64,000 nt of DNA from an uncultured Actinomycetota bacterium (GTDB taxonomy: Bacteria; Actinomycetota; Actinomycetes; Propionibacteriales; Nocardioidaceae): positions 16,253 through 80,252 of the forward strand of contig CAWEUA010000017.1 in NCBI GenBank assembly GCA_963812055.1. Direction: 5' to 3'. Numbering within the stretch: the first letter of the stretch is position 1; every line of letters begins with the position of its first letter. Below are positions 31,734-41,487 of this stretch, piece after piece. The notes below the pieces were generated by a model. That model worked only from the letters and a program-made list of their open reading frames with translations. It searched no databases and had not been told where the DNA came from. Made by a program: the position numbers and the translations under genes.

Positions 31734-32198
31734 TCAGACAGCCGAGTCAGGGGGGCGGAGGACCATCAGCTCGATCCGTTGGTCAGACCCGGGGCGCAGC
31801 GGCGCGAGCTCACCGGTGCCGACGAAGCCGTAGCGCTCGTAGACCGCCCGGGCGTCGCCGTTGGTGACGTTCACGTGGAGCTGGATCCGGGGGAGGAGCG
31901 GCGTGACGGCGTCGAGGATCCGGCGCGCGTGACCGTGACCACGATGCGCAGGGTCGGTCCACATCCCCCAGATCTGGCCGATCCCGTCGAGGTCGAACAC
32001 GCCGCCGACGGACACCGGCCGCGGGTCGTCCACGACGTACACCGGGCCGCTCAGCCGTTGCCGCCAGTCGTCCTCGGTGAAACCCTGTTCGCGCTCGAGG
32101 CTGGAGCCGAAGGCGTCGGGGGAGTCGGCGAGCGAGTGCAGCCGGATGTCCCGGAAGTCCGCCCAGTCATCGGGTCCGAGGCGTCGCAGCTCAGCCAT
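31734..32198 (-). CDS. GNAT family N-acetyltransferase
   Basis: RDIRLHSLADSPDAF, WGMWTDPAHRGHG, AVYERYGF. Confidence 0.8.
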   Translation of the reverse strand: MAELRRLGPDDWADFRDIRLHSLADSPDAFGSSLEREQGFTEDDWRQRLSGPVYVVDDPRPVSVGGVFDLDGIGQIWGMWTDPAHRGHGHARRILDAVTPLLPRIQLHVNVTNGDARAVYERYGFVGTGELAPLRPGSDQRIELMVLRPPDSAV

Positions 32199-32955
32199 CG
32201 TCTTCCCCGAAGATGCAGGCGGTCCCGACGTCCTGGAACCCGACGCGACGGTAGATGCTCGCGGCCGCGTCGTTGTAGGCGCTCAGGAAGAGGGTGCGGA
32301 CTCCGACGTCACGGCAGGCGTGGATCAAGGCGCGGGTGATCGCCGTACCGGTGCCGGCCATCCGATGGGTCGGAGGGACGCCGATGCCCATCAGCTCCGC
32401 GGTCGTTCCGCGGGGTGCGCCGGACCCTCCTCCGATGAGCTGCCCGCCGTCGTCGTACGCCGCGACCTCGATCAGGTTTCCGGCCGCGATCAGCTGGGGT
32501 CGTCGGCCCACCGGCCTCGCCGTGATCTCGTCGTCGCCCTCGAAGGCGGCGTGGACCGCTCCGACGGTCAGGGACAGATCGGCGTCGTCCGCCGCGAGCA
32601 CGCGAGTGCGCTCGGGCGCCGGGACGTCGGCGACATCGGGGAGCGCGAGCAGGGGAAAACGGCCGGCCTTCTCACCGGTCTCGACCACAGCGGGTCGCAG
32701 CGAGGGCGTGACCTGGTCCACCCACTCGATCGCCCGCGGCACGCCGAGCTCCTCCTGGCGCGAGAGCACCCGGCGGACCTCGGCCGCGGTGAACACGTGG
32801 TCGACCCCGAGCCGCGGCCGGGCGTAGAACTGCCAGCCGACGTCGGCGTCGGCGAGGAACAGCGTGAACGGCCCGACCTCCTCGATCGTGGAGACCGCCC
32901 GCGGCACGGCGTCGTAGTAGGCCTCGATCTCATCGAGTCGCACGGCACCGCTCAT
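32191..32955 (-). CDS. GNAT family N-acetyltransferase
   Basis: [32 protein letters not shown]. Confidence 0.75.
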   Translation of the reverse strand: MSGAVRLDEIEAYYDAVPRAVSTIEEVGPFTLFLADADVGWQFYARPRLGVDHVFTAAEVRRVLSRQEELGVPRAIEWVDQVTPSLRPAVVETGEKAGRFPLLALPDVADVPAPERTRVLAADDADLSLTVGAVHAAFEGDDEITARPVGRRPQLIAAGNLIEVAAYDDGGQLIGGGSGAPRGTTAELMGIGVPPTHRMAGTGTAITRALIHACRDVGVRTLFLSAYNDAAASIYRRVGFQDVGTACIFGEDDG

Positions 32956-33024
32956 GTGCACAGGGTTTCAAGTCACCGGCGATCCAGCGACCGGTTTCTG
33001 CGCGCGACCGGCAGAATGGACCGA

Positions 33025-33753
33025 GTGCCGCTCTACCGCGACGAGGCGATCGTCCTGCGCACCCACAAGCTGGGCGAGGCCGACCGCATCATCACCCTGC
33101 TGACCCGTCAGCACGGGCGGGTGCGCGCGGTGGCGAAGGGCGTCCGCAAGACGACGTCGCGGTGGGGATCGCGGCTCGAGCCCTTCACCCACGTCGATCT
33201 CCAGCTCGCGGAGGGTCGCAACCTGGACGTCGTCACCCAGGCCGACACCCTCGACCCGTTCCCGTCGCGGCTCGGCGACCACTACGACCGCTACACCGCC
33301 GGCACGGTGATGCTCGAGACCGCCGACCGGCTGGTGACCGAGGAGAAGCAGCCCTCGCTGCAGCAGTTCCTGCTGCTGGTGGGCGGTCTGCGAGCGATGA
33401 CGTCGGGGGAGCACGCGCCCGCACAGGTGCTCGACTCCTACCTGCTGCGCTCGCTGGCGGTGGCCGGCTACGCACCGTCGTTCACCCACTGCGCCCGCTG
33501 CGGCGACCCCGGCCCGCACCGGTGGTTCTCTCCGGCCGCCGGTGGCGCCCTGTGTGCCGACTGCCGGGTGCCCGGGGCGGCGTCGCCGTCGGCCGGGACG
33601 CTGGAGGTCATGGGCGCGCTGCTGGCCGGAGACTGGCCGGTCGTCGAGGCCGCCGACCAGCGTCATCTCCGCGAGGCGTCCGGTCTGACCGCGGCCTTCC
33701 TGCACTGGCACCTCGAGCGCGGCCTGCGCTCGCTGGAGTACGTCGAGCGATGA
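33025..33753 (+). CDS. recO: DNA repair protein RecO
   Basis: [39 protein letters not shown]...CADC zinc finger, LERGLRS. Alternative start ATG 33016. Confidence 0.93.
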   Translation: MPLYRDEAIVLRTHKLGEADRIITLLTRQHGRVRAVAKGVRKTTSRWGSRLEPFTHVDLQLAEGRNLDVVTQADTLDPFPSRLGDHYDRYTAGTVMLETADRLVTEEKQPSLQQFLLLVGGLRAMTSGEHAPAQVLDSYLLRSLAVAGYAPSFTHCARCGDPGPHRWFSPAAGGALCADCRVPGAASPSAGTLEVMGALLAGDWPVVEAADQRHLREASGLTAAFLHWHLERGLRSLEYVER

Positions 33754-34532
33754 GTCCGCGCGCGACCCGCCGGCGCGACGTACGCCCGCCGAACCCGCAC
33801 CCGTCCGGCACGCGACCGCCCGACATCCCGCGGGACCTGGTGCCCCGACACATCGCCATCACCATGGACGGCAACGGACGCTGGGCCAAGGCGCGCGGGC
33901 TGCCCCGGACGGAGGGGCACACGATGGGCGAGGCTGCCCTCTTCGACGTCGTCGAGGGCGCCATCGAGATCGGCGTCAAGGCCATCTCGGCCTACGCGTT
34001 CTCGACCGAGAACTGGCGGCGCTCGCCCGAGGAGGTCCGCTTCCTGATGGGCTTCAACCGCGACGTCATCCGGCGACGTCGCGACGAGATGCACGAGATG
34101 GGCGTGCGGGTCACCTGGTCCGGCCGGGCGCCACGCCTGTGGAGGTCGGTGATCAAGGAGCTCCAGGTCGCCGAGGAGCTGACCCGCGGCAACGACGTGC
34201 TGACCCTCAACATGTGCGTGAACTACGGCGGCCGAGCGGAGGTGGCGGACACCGCGCGGGCCATCGCGCGCGAGGTCGCCGCGGGGCGGCTCGACCCGGA
34301 GAAGGTCGACGAGAAGGCGTTCGCACGTCATCTCTATGTGCCCGACCTGGGCGAGGCCGACATGGTCTGGCGGACCTCGGGCGAGCACCGGCTGTCGAAC
34401 TTCATGCTGTGGCAGGCGGCGTACGCCGAGCTGGTGTTCACCGACATCCTCTGGCCGGACGTCGACCGGCTCGCCTTGTGGAGGGCGATCGAGCTCTACG
34501 CTCAGCGTGACCGGCGGTTCGGCAAGGCCTGA
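33750..34532 (+). CDS. uppS: Isoprenyl transferase (undecaprenyl/decaprenyl diphosphate synthase)
   Basis: [48 protein letters not shown]. Confidence 0.93.
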   Translation: MSPRATRRRDVRPPNPHPSGTRPPDIPRDLVPRHIAITMDGNGRWAKARGLPRTEGHTMGEAALFDVVEGAIEIGVKAISAYAFSTENWRRSPEEVRFLMGFNRDVIRRRRDEMHEMGVRVTWSGRAPRLWRSVIKELQVAEELTRGNDVLTLNMCVNYGGRAEVADTARAIAREVAAGRLDPEKVDEKAFARHLYVPDLGEADMVWRTSGEHRLSNFMLWQAAYAELVFTDILWPDVDRLALWRAIELYAQRDRRFGKA

Positions 34533-34577
34533 GCATCGGCCAAGGGCGGGGGACGGATCCATGAGGCGAGGCCGATC

Positions 34578-35657
34578 GTGTCCGTAGGGACGCTGATGTC
34601 GAGGCTGGTCCGGCGTTGGGGTGGCCGCGTGGTCGGCCTGGTGCTCACCGCGATCGGCCTGTACGTCGTCTTCCCCGGCCTGCTGACGCTCTTCGGCTCC
34701 TGGCCCCGGCTGCGTGATGTCGCGATCTGGTGGTTCGTGATCCTGGTGGCCCTGGTCGTGGGCAGCATGGCGTCGCTGTGGTGGCTGACGCGACTGGCGC
34801 TCCAGCAGCGGACCGGCTCCGAGGGCCACATCACCACCGTGAGCTGGAGCGCGGCCGCCTCGGCGCACCTCGCGGGGAACGCCGCCGGGAAGGTCGTGCC
34901 CGGCGGTCCGGCGACCGCCGGCGTCGTCCAGGCGCGGCTCCTGATCCAGTCCGGCCAGCCCGCCGGCCGGGTGGCCTCGGCCATCACCGCGATGGGGCTG
35001 CTCACGACCGGGATCCTGCTGATGCTGCCGTTCCTGACGATCCCGGCACTCCTGATCGGTCCACCACCTGCCCGTCGGCTCGAGTACGGGCTCGTGGTGT
35101 CGCTGATCGTGGCGATCGTGATGGTGGGGTTCAGCGTCGCGATCCTCGTGTGGACGCCGCTCGTGGTGTGGGTGGGCCGGATCTCGGGGCGCCTCATCCA
35201 CGTCGTGAAGAAGGATGTGACGCCGGCGTCCGCTTCGGCCGCTCTGGTCAGGTCGCGGGACCGGGTCGCCGCATCGTTCGAGGGGTGCCGTACCCGGGCC
35301 CTGATCGCGGCTGCGGGGAACCGGATGTTCGACTTCGCCGCCCTCGTGGCCGCACTCGCCGCGATGGGCGCGCACGCTCGGGCGAGCGAGGTGATGATGG
35401 CCTACGCCATCGCACAGGCGCTGGCCCTGATCCCGCTCACGCCGGGCGGGCTCGGCTTCGTGGAGTCGGGCCTGACCACGCTGCTGGTCCTGATCGGCGT
35501 GACGGCGGACCAAGCCGTCGTGGCGACCCTGCTGTACCGCCTGATCGCCTTCTGGATGCCGATCCCGCTCGGCGCCCTCGCCTGGGCCGGTTGGCACCTC
35601 AACCTGCACCTCGGTCGACCGGGCAGGGCGAAGCGCCAGGCGGAGCCGGAGGACTGA
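34578..35657 (+). CDS. Lysylphosphatidylglycerol-synthase TM-region (flippase-like) membrane protein
   Basis: Many TM segments; IPLTPGGLGFVE, LLYRLIAFWMPI. Confidence 0.75.
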   Translation: MSVGTLMSRLVRRWGGRVVGLVLTAIGLYVVFPGLLTLFGSWPRLRDVAIWWFVILVALVVGSMASLWWLTRLALQQRTGSEGHITTVSWSAAASAHLAGNAAGKVVPGGPATAGVVQARLLIQSGQPAGRVASAITAMGLLTTGILLMLPFLTIPALLIGPPPARRLEYGLVVSLIVAIVMVGFSVAILVWTPLVVWVGRISGRLIHVVKKDVTPASASAALVRSRDRVAASFEGCRTRALIAAAGNRMFDFAALVAALAAMGAHARASEVMMAYAIAQALALIPLTPGGLGFVESGLTTLLVLIGVTADQAVVATLLYRLIAFWMPIPLGALAWAGWHLNLHLGRPGRAKRQAEPED

Positions 35658-35671
35658 GCCCGGCGGCTGCT

Positions 35672-35737
35672 CACCGGTTTTCGCTGGGGAAGGCGATCGA
35701 GATCTACGCCCGCCGGGACCAGCGCTTCGGGTGCGCC
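35672..35737 (+). pseudogene. Relic duplicate of the uppS 3' end
   Basis: HRFSLGKAIEIYARRDQRFGCA vs Upp[23 protein letters not shown] (34464-34529); 47/66 nt identical by hand count. Confidence 0.7.
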
Positions 35738-35749
35738 GGAGCCCAAATG

Positions 35750-35825
35750 CTTCGGATTCCGAAGGAAGTTAGGCATCCACCTTCGGATCCAGGGCATTGA
35801 CCAGCCATTTTCGTGAGGTTACGTT
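35750..35825 (+). promoter_or_regulatory. Sigma70-type promoter with upstream operator-like palindrome for the polyamine ABC operon
   Basis: TTGACC (35797-35802)-17 nt-TACGTT (35820-35825); perfect 7-1-7 inverted repeat CTTCGGA-T-TCCGAAG at 35750-35764. Confidence 0.7.
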
Positions 35826-35880
35826 GCGTCAACAACTGCGCGCCTTGAGGGACGGTGCCCGTGTGGGAGGCAGCGGACAA

Positions 35881-37053
35881 GTGAGCTCTGGCGGACCCGA
35901 TTCGGCGTTCGACGTCGAGTTCCGTGCGGTCACGAAGCGGTTCGGCGACCTGACCGCGGTGAACGCCGTCTCCTTCCAGGTGAGGACGGGTGAGTTCCTC
36001 TCGCTGCTGGGCCCGTCGGGGTGCGGCAAGACCACGTCGCTGCGGATGATCGCCGGCTTCGAGCAGCCCGACGAGGGCGAGATCCTGATCGGCGGGGTGG
36101 ACGCCGTCGGCACCCCGCCCTACCGCCGGGACGTCAACACCGTGTTCCAGCAGTACGCGCTCTTCCCCCACATGACGATCCTGGACAACGTCGCCTACGG
36201 CATGAAGCAGAAGCGCGTCGGGAAGTCCGAGCGGTACACGAGGGCACACGAGGCACTCGAGCTGGTGCGGCTCACCGGCCGGGACAAGCACCGACCGGCG
36301 ATGCTCTCCGGTGGACAGCAGCAACGCGTCGCCCTGGCCCGGGCGCTGGTCAACCGGCCGCGGGTGCTCCTCCTCGACGAGCCGCTCGGTGCGCTCGACC
36401 TCAAGCTCCGCAAGGAGATGCAGATCGAGCTCACCCGCATCCAGGACGAGGTCGGGATCACCTTCATCTACGTCACCCACGACCAGGGGGAGGCGCTGTC
36501 GATGTCCGACCGGATCGCGGTGATGTCCGATGGGATCATCGAGCAGCTGGACACACCGGCCGAGATCTACGACCGGCCGCTCACGGCCTTCGTGGCCGAC
36601 TTCATCGGCGAGATGAACTTCCTGGACGGCAAGGTCACCGAGGTCGGCGACGACGAGTTCGACCTCGACACGGGCTCCGGCGTCGTCGTCCGGGCGCGAG
36701 GGGAGGCGACCCGCGGTCAGGCGGCCCGGATCGGCATCCGGCCGGCGCGGCTCAGCATCGTGCCGGGCTCTGCGGCCGGGAACGTCAACGCTGCCCGCGC
36801 GGTGGTGGACACCAAGATGTATCTCGGGGACGAGGTGCAGGTCGTCGCCACCCTCGACGGCGGCACCCAGATGCTCATCCGGGAGCAGCGGTCCGGCGCG
36901 GATCCGCCGCACGACACGATCCGCCCCGGTGACTCGATCACGATCCAGTGGGACCGGACCGCACCGGTGCTCCTGGCCGACCCACCCGCGCGCGACGCGG
37001 TGAACGACACGGGGCAGGAACCTGCGCCGAACAACGAACAGGGGCAACCATGA
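35881..37053 (+). CDS. potA: Spermidine/putrescine-type ABC transporter ATP-binding protein
   Basis: GPSGCGKT, RDVNTVFQQYALFPH, LSGGQQQRVALARA, LLLDEP, YVTHDQ, TOBE-like C-terminus. Start uncertain. Confidence 0.9.
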   Translation: MSSGGPDSAFDVEFRAVTKRFGDLTAVNAVSFQVRTGEFLSLLGPSGCGKTTSLRMIAGFEQPDEGEILIGGVDAVGTPPYRRDVNTVFQQYALFPHMTILDNVAYGMKQKRVGKSERYTRAHEALELVRLTGRDKHRPAMLSGGQQQRVALARALVNRPRVLLLDEPLGALDLKLRKEMQIELTRIQDEVGITFIYVTHDQGEALSMSDRIAVMSDGIIEQLDTPAEIYDRPLTAFVADFIGEMNFLDGKVTEVGDDEFDLDTGSGVVVRARGEATRGQAARIGIRPARLSIVPGSAAGNVNAARAVVDTKMYLGDEVQVVATLDGGTQMLIREQRSGADPPHDTIRPGDSITIQWDRTAPVLLADPPARDAVNDTGQEPAPNNEQGQP

Positions 37054-38282
37054 CCGACCACCGCGACCACCTGAACCTCCTCGCACCGCTGGAGAGCAAG
37101 CCGACGCTGGACCAGCTCCACCGAGATGTCGTGCGCGCGATCGGTCACCCGCTGTCACGCCGCTCCGCACTCGGGATCGGCGGCCTGATGCTGCTGAGCG
37201 CGTGCGGGAGCACGTCGACCGGAGACCAGGGCACCGGCACGAGCACGGCGAGCTCGGACGCGCTGGCGGGCAAGCCGCTCGAGGACCACCTGGAGATCTT
37301 CAACTGGTCCCAGTACGACGACCCGTCGACGTACAAGAAGTTCATGGCGCTCCCGGACGTGTCGAAGGCGGGGCTCAAGATCCACGAGACCTACTACTCG
37401 TCGAACGACGAGCTGCTCGCCAAGCTCAACGCCGGGGGCTCGACGTACGACATCATCGCGCCCAGTCAGAACGCCGTCGCGCAGCTGATCGAGACCAACA
37501 AGCTGCTGAAGATGGACGACGCCCTGCTGCCGAACAAGAAGAACCTCGACCCCAAGTTCCTCAAGGCGGAGTACGACACCACCGGCGAGTACCACGTGAT
37601 CAAGGACTACGGGATCACGATGTTCTACTACAACAACACGATCGTCACCGAGAAGCCCGAGACGATGAAGGACTTCTACGACCTGCTGACGAAGTACGTC
37701 GACAAGGGCCGGACGAACCTGCTCGACGGCGCCGAGGAGGTCGTGCCGCTCGCGCTGATGGCCCTCGGCCTGGACGCCAACACCGAGTCCCAGGACGACT
37801 TCAATCAGGTCTCCGACTTCCTGATGTCGATCCGCAAGGGCGTCACCACGATCAGTGCCTCCGGCTACATCGACGACGCGATCGCGGGGAAGATCATCCT
37901 GGGCCAGGGCTGGAACGGCGACGTGCGCCGGATCGTGCAGGGTCGCAAGAAGCAGGGCGACATCACCGCCGTGCTGTGCAAGGAGAAGTCGGAGATCTGG
38001 TCCGACAACTGGTGCATCCCGGCGACGGCGCCGCACCCGGTCGCGGCGCACGCCTGGATCAACTGGCTGCTCACCCCGTCGACAGCGGTGACCGAGATGG
38101 AGTACCACAACTACCCGATCCCGATCCCGGAGGCGCTGTCCGAGCTGCCGGCCGAGCTGAGCAAGGACCAGCTCTTCAACGTCCCGACCAGCTACACCGA
38201 CAACTACCAGTACATCCTCAACGTGAACCCGCAGGTCGTGCAGGACCGGACCAAGATCTACACGGAGTTCAAGGCAGGCTGA
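37050..38282 (+). CDS. potD: Spermidine/putrescine-type ABC transporter substrate-binding lipoprotein
   Basis: Tat-like SRRSAL plus LSAC lipobox; IFNWSQY, SSNDELLAKL, YDIIAPS, GWNGD, WSDNWCIP. Confidence 0.85.
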   Translation: MTDHRDHLNLLAPLESKPTLDQLHRDVVRAIGHPLSRRSALGIGGLMLLSACGSTSTGDQGTGTSTASSDALAGKPLEDHLEIFNWSQYDDPSTYKKFMALPDVSKAGLKIHETYYSSNDELLAKLNAGGSTYDIIAPSQNAVAQLIETNKLLKMDDALLPNKKNLDPKFLKAEYDTTGEYHVIKDYGITMFYYNNTIVTEKPETMKDFYDLLTKYVDKGRTNLLDGAEEVVPLALMALGLDANTESQDDFNQVSDFLMSIRKGVTTISASGYIDDAIAGKIILGQGWNGDVRRIVQGRKKQGDITAVLCKEKSEIWSDNWCIPATAPHPVAAHAWINWLLTPSTAVTEMEYHNYPIPIPEALSELPAELSKDQLFNVPTSYTDNYQYILNVNPQVVQDRTKIYTEFKAG

Positions 38283-39154
38283 TGGCGTCCACGGAGGACG
38301 CTGTCGAGCGCGGGGGACGGCGGCAGCGATCGTTCAGCCCGCGCTACCCGGGCTGGCTGACGTCGCCCTCGCTGCTCTACTACGCGATCTTCTTCCTCGG
38401 TCCGCTCGCGATCCTGGTCGCGTTCTCCCTCGCCACGCAGACCGGGTTCGACTCGATCAGCTACGGCTTCGACACCAGCCAGTACCACCTGGTGCTGGAC
38501 CCGCTGTACCTGAAGATCTTCTACCGGACCCTGCTGATGGCCGCCGGCGGCTCGCTGCTCACGATCCTGGTGGGCTACCCGATCGCGTACTGGATGGCGC
38601 GCTACCTGTCGACGTACAAGCTGCTGGCGCTGCTGCTGATCCTGGTGCCGTTCTGGACGTCGTTCCTGATCCGCACCTACGCGCTCAAGATCATCCTCGA
38701 CCCCCACGGCTACCTGGCGACGAACCTGGGGATCGACATCATGTTCACCAAGTGGGCCGTCGCCGTCGGGCTGGTCTACAACTATCTCCCGCTCTTCATC
38801 ATCCCGGTGTTCGCGTCGCTGGAGCGGATGGACTGGTCGCTCGTCGAGGCCGCGACCGATCTGGGAGCCAAGCCGTTCAACGCGTTCCGGCAGATCACCC
38901 TCAAGCTCACCATGCCGGGCGTCGTCACCGGGGCACTGCTGGTGTTCATCCCGATGTGCGGGGAGTACATCATCCCGAACATCCTGAGCGGCGGTAACTA
39001 CGAGTTCGTCGGCAACGTGATCGGCGACCAGTTCGCCTCAGCCCAGAACCAGCCGTTCGGTTCCGCGATGTCGATCAGCCTGATGATCGCGCTCTCCGGT
39101 TTCGTCGCGCTGTACATCCTCTTCGCCACGAAGGAGGAGCGTTTCGGTGCCTAG
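38282..39154 (+). CDS. potB: ABC transporter permease (PotB-like)
   Basis: LVPFWTSFLIRTYA, EAATDLGA (EAA loop), GEYIIP. Confidence 0.88.
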   Translation: MASTEDAVERGGRRQRSFSPRYPGWLTSPSLLYYAIFFLGPLAILVAFSLATQTGFDSISYGFDTSQYHLVLDPLYLKIFYRTLLMAAGGSLLTILVGYPIAYWMARYLSTYKLLALLLILVPFWTSFLIRTYALKIILDPHGYLATNLGIDIMFTKWAVAVGLVYNYLPLFIIPVFASLERMDWSLVEAATDLGAKPFNAFRQITLKLTMPGVVTGALLVFIPMCGEYIIPNILSGGNYEFVGNVIGDQFASAQNQPFGSAMSISLMIALSGFVALYILFATKEERFGA

Positions 39155-40088
39155 GGCCAGGATCGGACGGGGCAAGCGGGTCGTCACCGCCAAGCGGGCG
39201 TTCACCGCCTGGGCGATGGTGGTCTTCGCGTTCCTCTACCTGCCGATCGCCGTGATGGTCCTGTTCGCCTTCAACAAGCCCTCGCCGGCGGCGCTCGCGG
39301 GGTTCACCGGGTCCAACGTCTGCGACCTGCCGCCGACCCAGGTCGGCAACGTCACGGTGTGGAACGGCTTCACGACCTGCTGGTTCAACGCCGGGCTGCA
39401 CGACCCGACGTACATCCCGGCGATCCTGACCAGCGCCAAGATCGCGGGCGCGGCCGCCATCGTGTCGACCCTGCTCGGGCTGGGTGCAGCGCTGGCGCTC
39501 GCCCGGATGAACAAGTTCGTGCGGGCGCCCTTCGACTCGCTGGTCTACCTCACCCTGGTCGTCCCGGAGATCGTGATCGCGGTCGCCTCCCTGATCTTCT
39601 TCGTCCAGGTGCGCAACTACATCCCGGTCTTCCCGCAGCTGGGTACGTGGACGATCTTCCTCGGGCAGGTCGTCTTCGGGTCGTCTCTGTCCATGCTGGT
39701 GATCCGGGCCAGGTTCGTCGGGATGGGTGACTCGCTCGAGGAGGCCGGCTACGACCTCGGCTCGGGCCGCCTGGCGACGTTCCGGCAGGTCACGCTGCCC
39801 CGACTCTTCCCGGCGATCCTCTCGGCGGCCCTGCTGTCGTTCACGTTCTCGTTCGACGACTACGTGCTGCCGGCGTTCACCAACGGGACGACGAACACCT
39901 GGCCGATCGTGCTCTACTCCGCTGTCAGGTTCGGGATCACGCCGGCGGTCAACGCGCTCGCGACCCTGATGCTGCTGGCCACGATCATCGTCATCGCGAT
40001 CACCGGGATGGTCCTCCGCCGTTCCCGGGTCACCGCCACGACGGCGTCCGACGCACCCGCCTCGGCCGCTCCGGTCGCGGTCCGCTAG
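39147..40088 (+). CDS. potC: ABC transporter permease (PotC-like)
   Basis: FLYLPI, LVVPEIV, LEEAGYDLG, FTFSFDD. Confidence 0.88.
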   Translation: MPRARIGRGKRVVTAKRAFTAWAMVVFAFLYLPIAVMVLFAFNKPSPAALAGFTGSNVCDLPPTQVGNVTVWNGFTTCWFNAGLHDPTYIPAILTSAKIAGAAAIVSTLLGLGAALALARMNKFVRAPFDSLVYLTLVVPEIVIAVASLIFFVQVRNYIPVFPQLGTWTIFLGQVVFGSSLSMLVIRARFVGMGDSLEEAGYDLGSGRLATFRQVTLPRLFPAILSAALLSFTFSFDDYVLPAFTNGTTNTWPIVLYSAVRFGITPAVNALATLMLLATIIVIAITGMVLRRSRVTATTASDAPASAAPVAVR

Positions 40089-40094
40089 GTCGGC

Positions 40095-40499
40095 CTATCG
40101 GCAGTCGGCGCAGGTGCCGACGATCTCGAGCGTGTGGGACAGGTCCGAGAAGCCGTGCGCGTCCGCGATCGCGGACGTCCACCGCTCGACCGCAGGCCCC
40201 TCGACCTCGACCGTCGCCCCGCACGACCGGCACACCAGATGGTGGTGGTGCGTGTCGGAGCAGCGTCGGTAGATCGCCTCGCCGTCCTCGCGGCGGAGGA
40301 CGTCGACGAGCCCGTGGTCGGCGTACAACGCGAGGGTGCGGTAGACCGTGGCCAAGCCGATGCCGGAGCCGCGCGAGGAGAGCAGCTCGTGGACCTCCTG
40401 CGCGGAGCGGAAGTCGTCGACACCGTCGAGCGCGTCGAGCACCGCCTGGCGCTGGGGAGTCGAGCGCGGACCGGGCCCTACCGGCTCAGTGCTCGTCAT
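40095..40499 (-). CDS. zur: Fur-family transcriptional regulator, most likely Zur
   Basis: TPQRQAV, SAQEVH, GLATVYRTL, HHHHLVCRSC, GTCADC; last gene of the zinc ABC operon. Confidence 0.88.
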   Translation of the reverse strand: MTSTEPVGPGPRSTPQRQAVLDALDGVDDFRSAQEVHELLSSRGSGIGLATVYRTLALYADHGLVDVLRREDGEAIYRRCSDTHHHHLVCRSCGATVEVEGPAVERWTSAIADAHGFSDLSHTLEIVGTCADCR

Positions 40500-41487
40500 A
40501 GTGCTGCCCCTCTCCGGTGACGTGGACCGCGTGGCGGTGGCCGTCGTGGACGTAGTCGACATGGTCGCCGTGCTCGATCGCGAGGTGGCCACACCCCGCC
40601 CCGTGGACGTGGCGATGGCGCTCGTCCGCCTCTTCGTGCAGCGGCAGCGCATCGGCGTCGTACGGGACCTGGGCGCGACGTCGGCGGTCGAGGACCATGC
40701 CGACGGGCGCGGTCGCGACGAACCCGGCCAGCGCGAACAGCACGATCGTGGCGCCCGGCGGGAGGTTGGCGTAGGCCGAGATGAGCACGCCGCCGAGGGA
40801 TGCCACGAGGCCGCCGACCATCGCGAGGAGCATCGTCGAGCGGAAGCTGCGGGTGAACTGCTGCGACGTCGCCACCGGGATGATCATCAGGGCGCTGACC
40901 AGCAGGAGGCCGACCGTGCGCATGGCGACGCTCACCGTCACCGCCGCGAGCACCGAGACCAGGGTGTTGTAGAACCACACGGGTACGCCGCTGGCGCGCG
41001 CGAAGTCCTCGTCGTACGACACCGCGAAGAGCTGCGGCATCAGCGCGAGGCAGACCACGATCACGATGCCGGCGAGCACGACCGAGACGACCACGTCGTC
41101 GTACGAGATCGTGGTGATCGAGCCGAACAGGTAGGCCTGGAGCGCGAAGGCACCGTTCCCGGCCAGCTGCACCAGGACGAGACCGCCGGCGATGCCGCCG
41201 TAGAAGAGCAGCGCGAGGGCGAGGTCGCCGGTTGCCTTGCCGGACGTGCGGATCAGCTCGATCGCGAGCGCGCCGAGCACCGCGACCACGACGGCGGTGA
41301 ACGTCGGCGACGTGCCGGTGAGCAGGCCGAGCGCGACGCCGGTGACCGTGATGTGGCCGATGCCGTCACCCAGCAGGGAGAGCCGGCGCTGGACGAGGTA
41401 GGTGCCGATGCCGGGGGCCGCCAGGCCCGTCACCGCGGCGGCGACGACAGCGCGGATCATGAACGGCGCCAGCAGCAGGTCCCACAT
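40486..41487 (-). CDS. znuB: Metal (zinc) ABC transporter permease with His-rich C-terminal tail
   Basis: RRLSLLGDGIGH, YLFGSI, VGLLLVSALMIIP; tail RHRHVHGAGCGH...HGDHVDYVHDGHRH. Confidence 0.9.
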   Translation of the reverse strand: MWDLLLAPFMIRAVVAAAVTGLAAPGIGTYLVQRRLSLLGDGIGHITVTGVALGLLTGTSPTFTAVVVAVLGALAIELIRTSGKATGDLALALLFYGGIAGGLVLVQLAGNGAFALQAYLFGSITTISYDDVVVSVVLAGIVIVVCLALMPQLFAVSYDEDFARASGVPVWFYNTLVSVLAAVTVSVAMRTVGLLLVSALMIIPVATSQQFTRSFRSTMLLAMVGGLVASLGGVLISAYANLPPGATIVLFALAGFVATAPVGMVLDRRRRAQVPYDADALPLHEEADERHRHVHGAGCGHLAIEHGDHVDYVHDGHRHAVHVTGEGQHYDEH

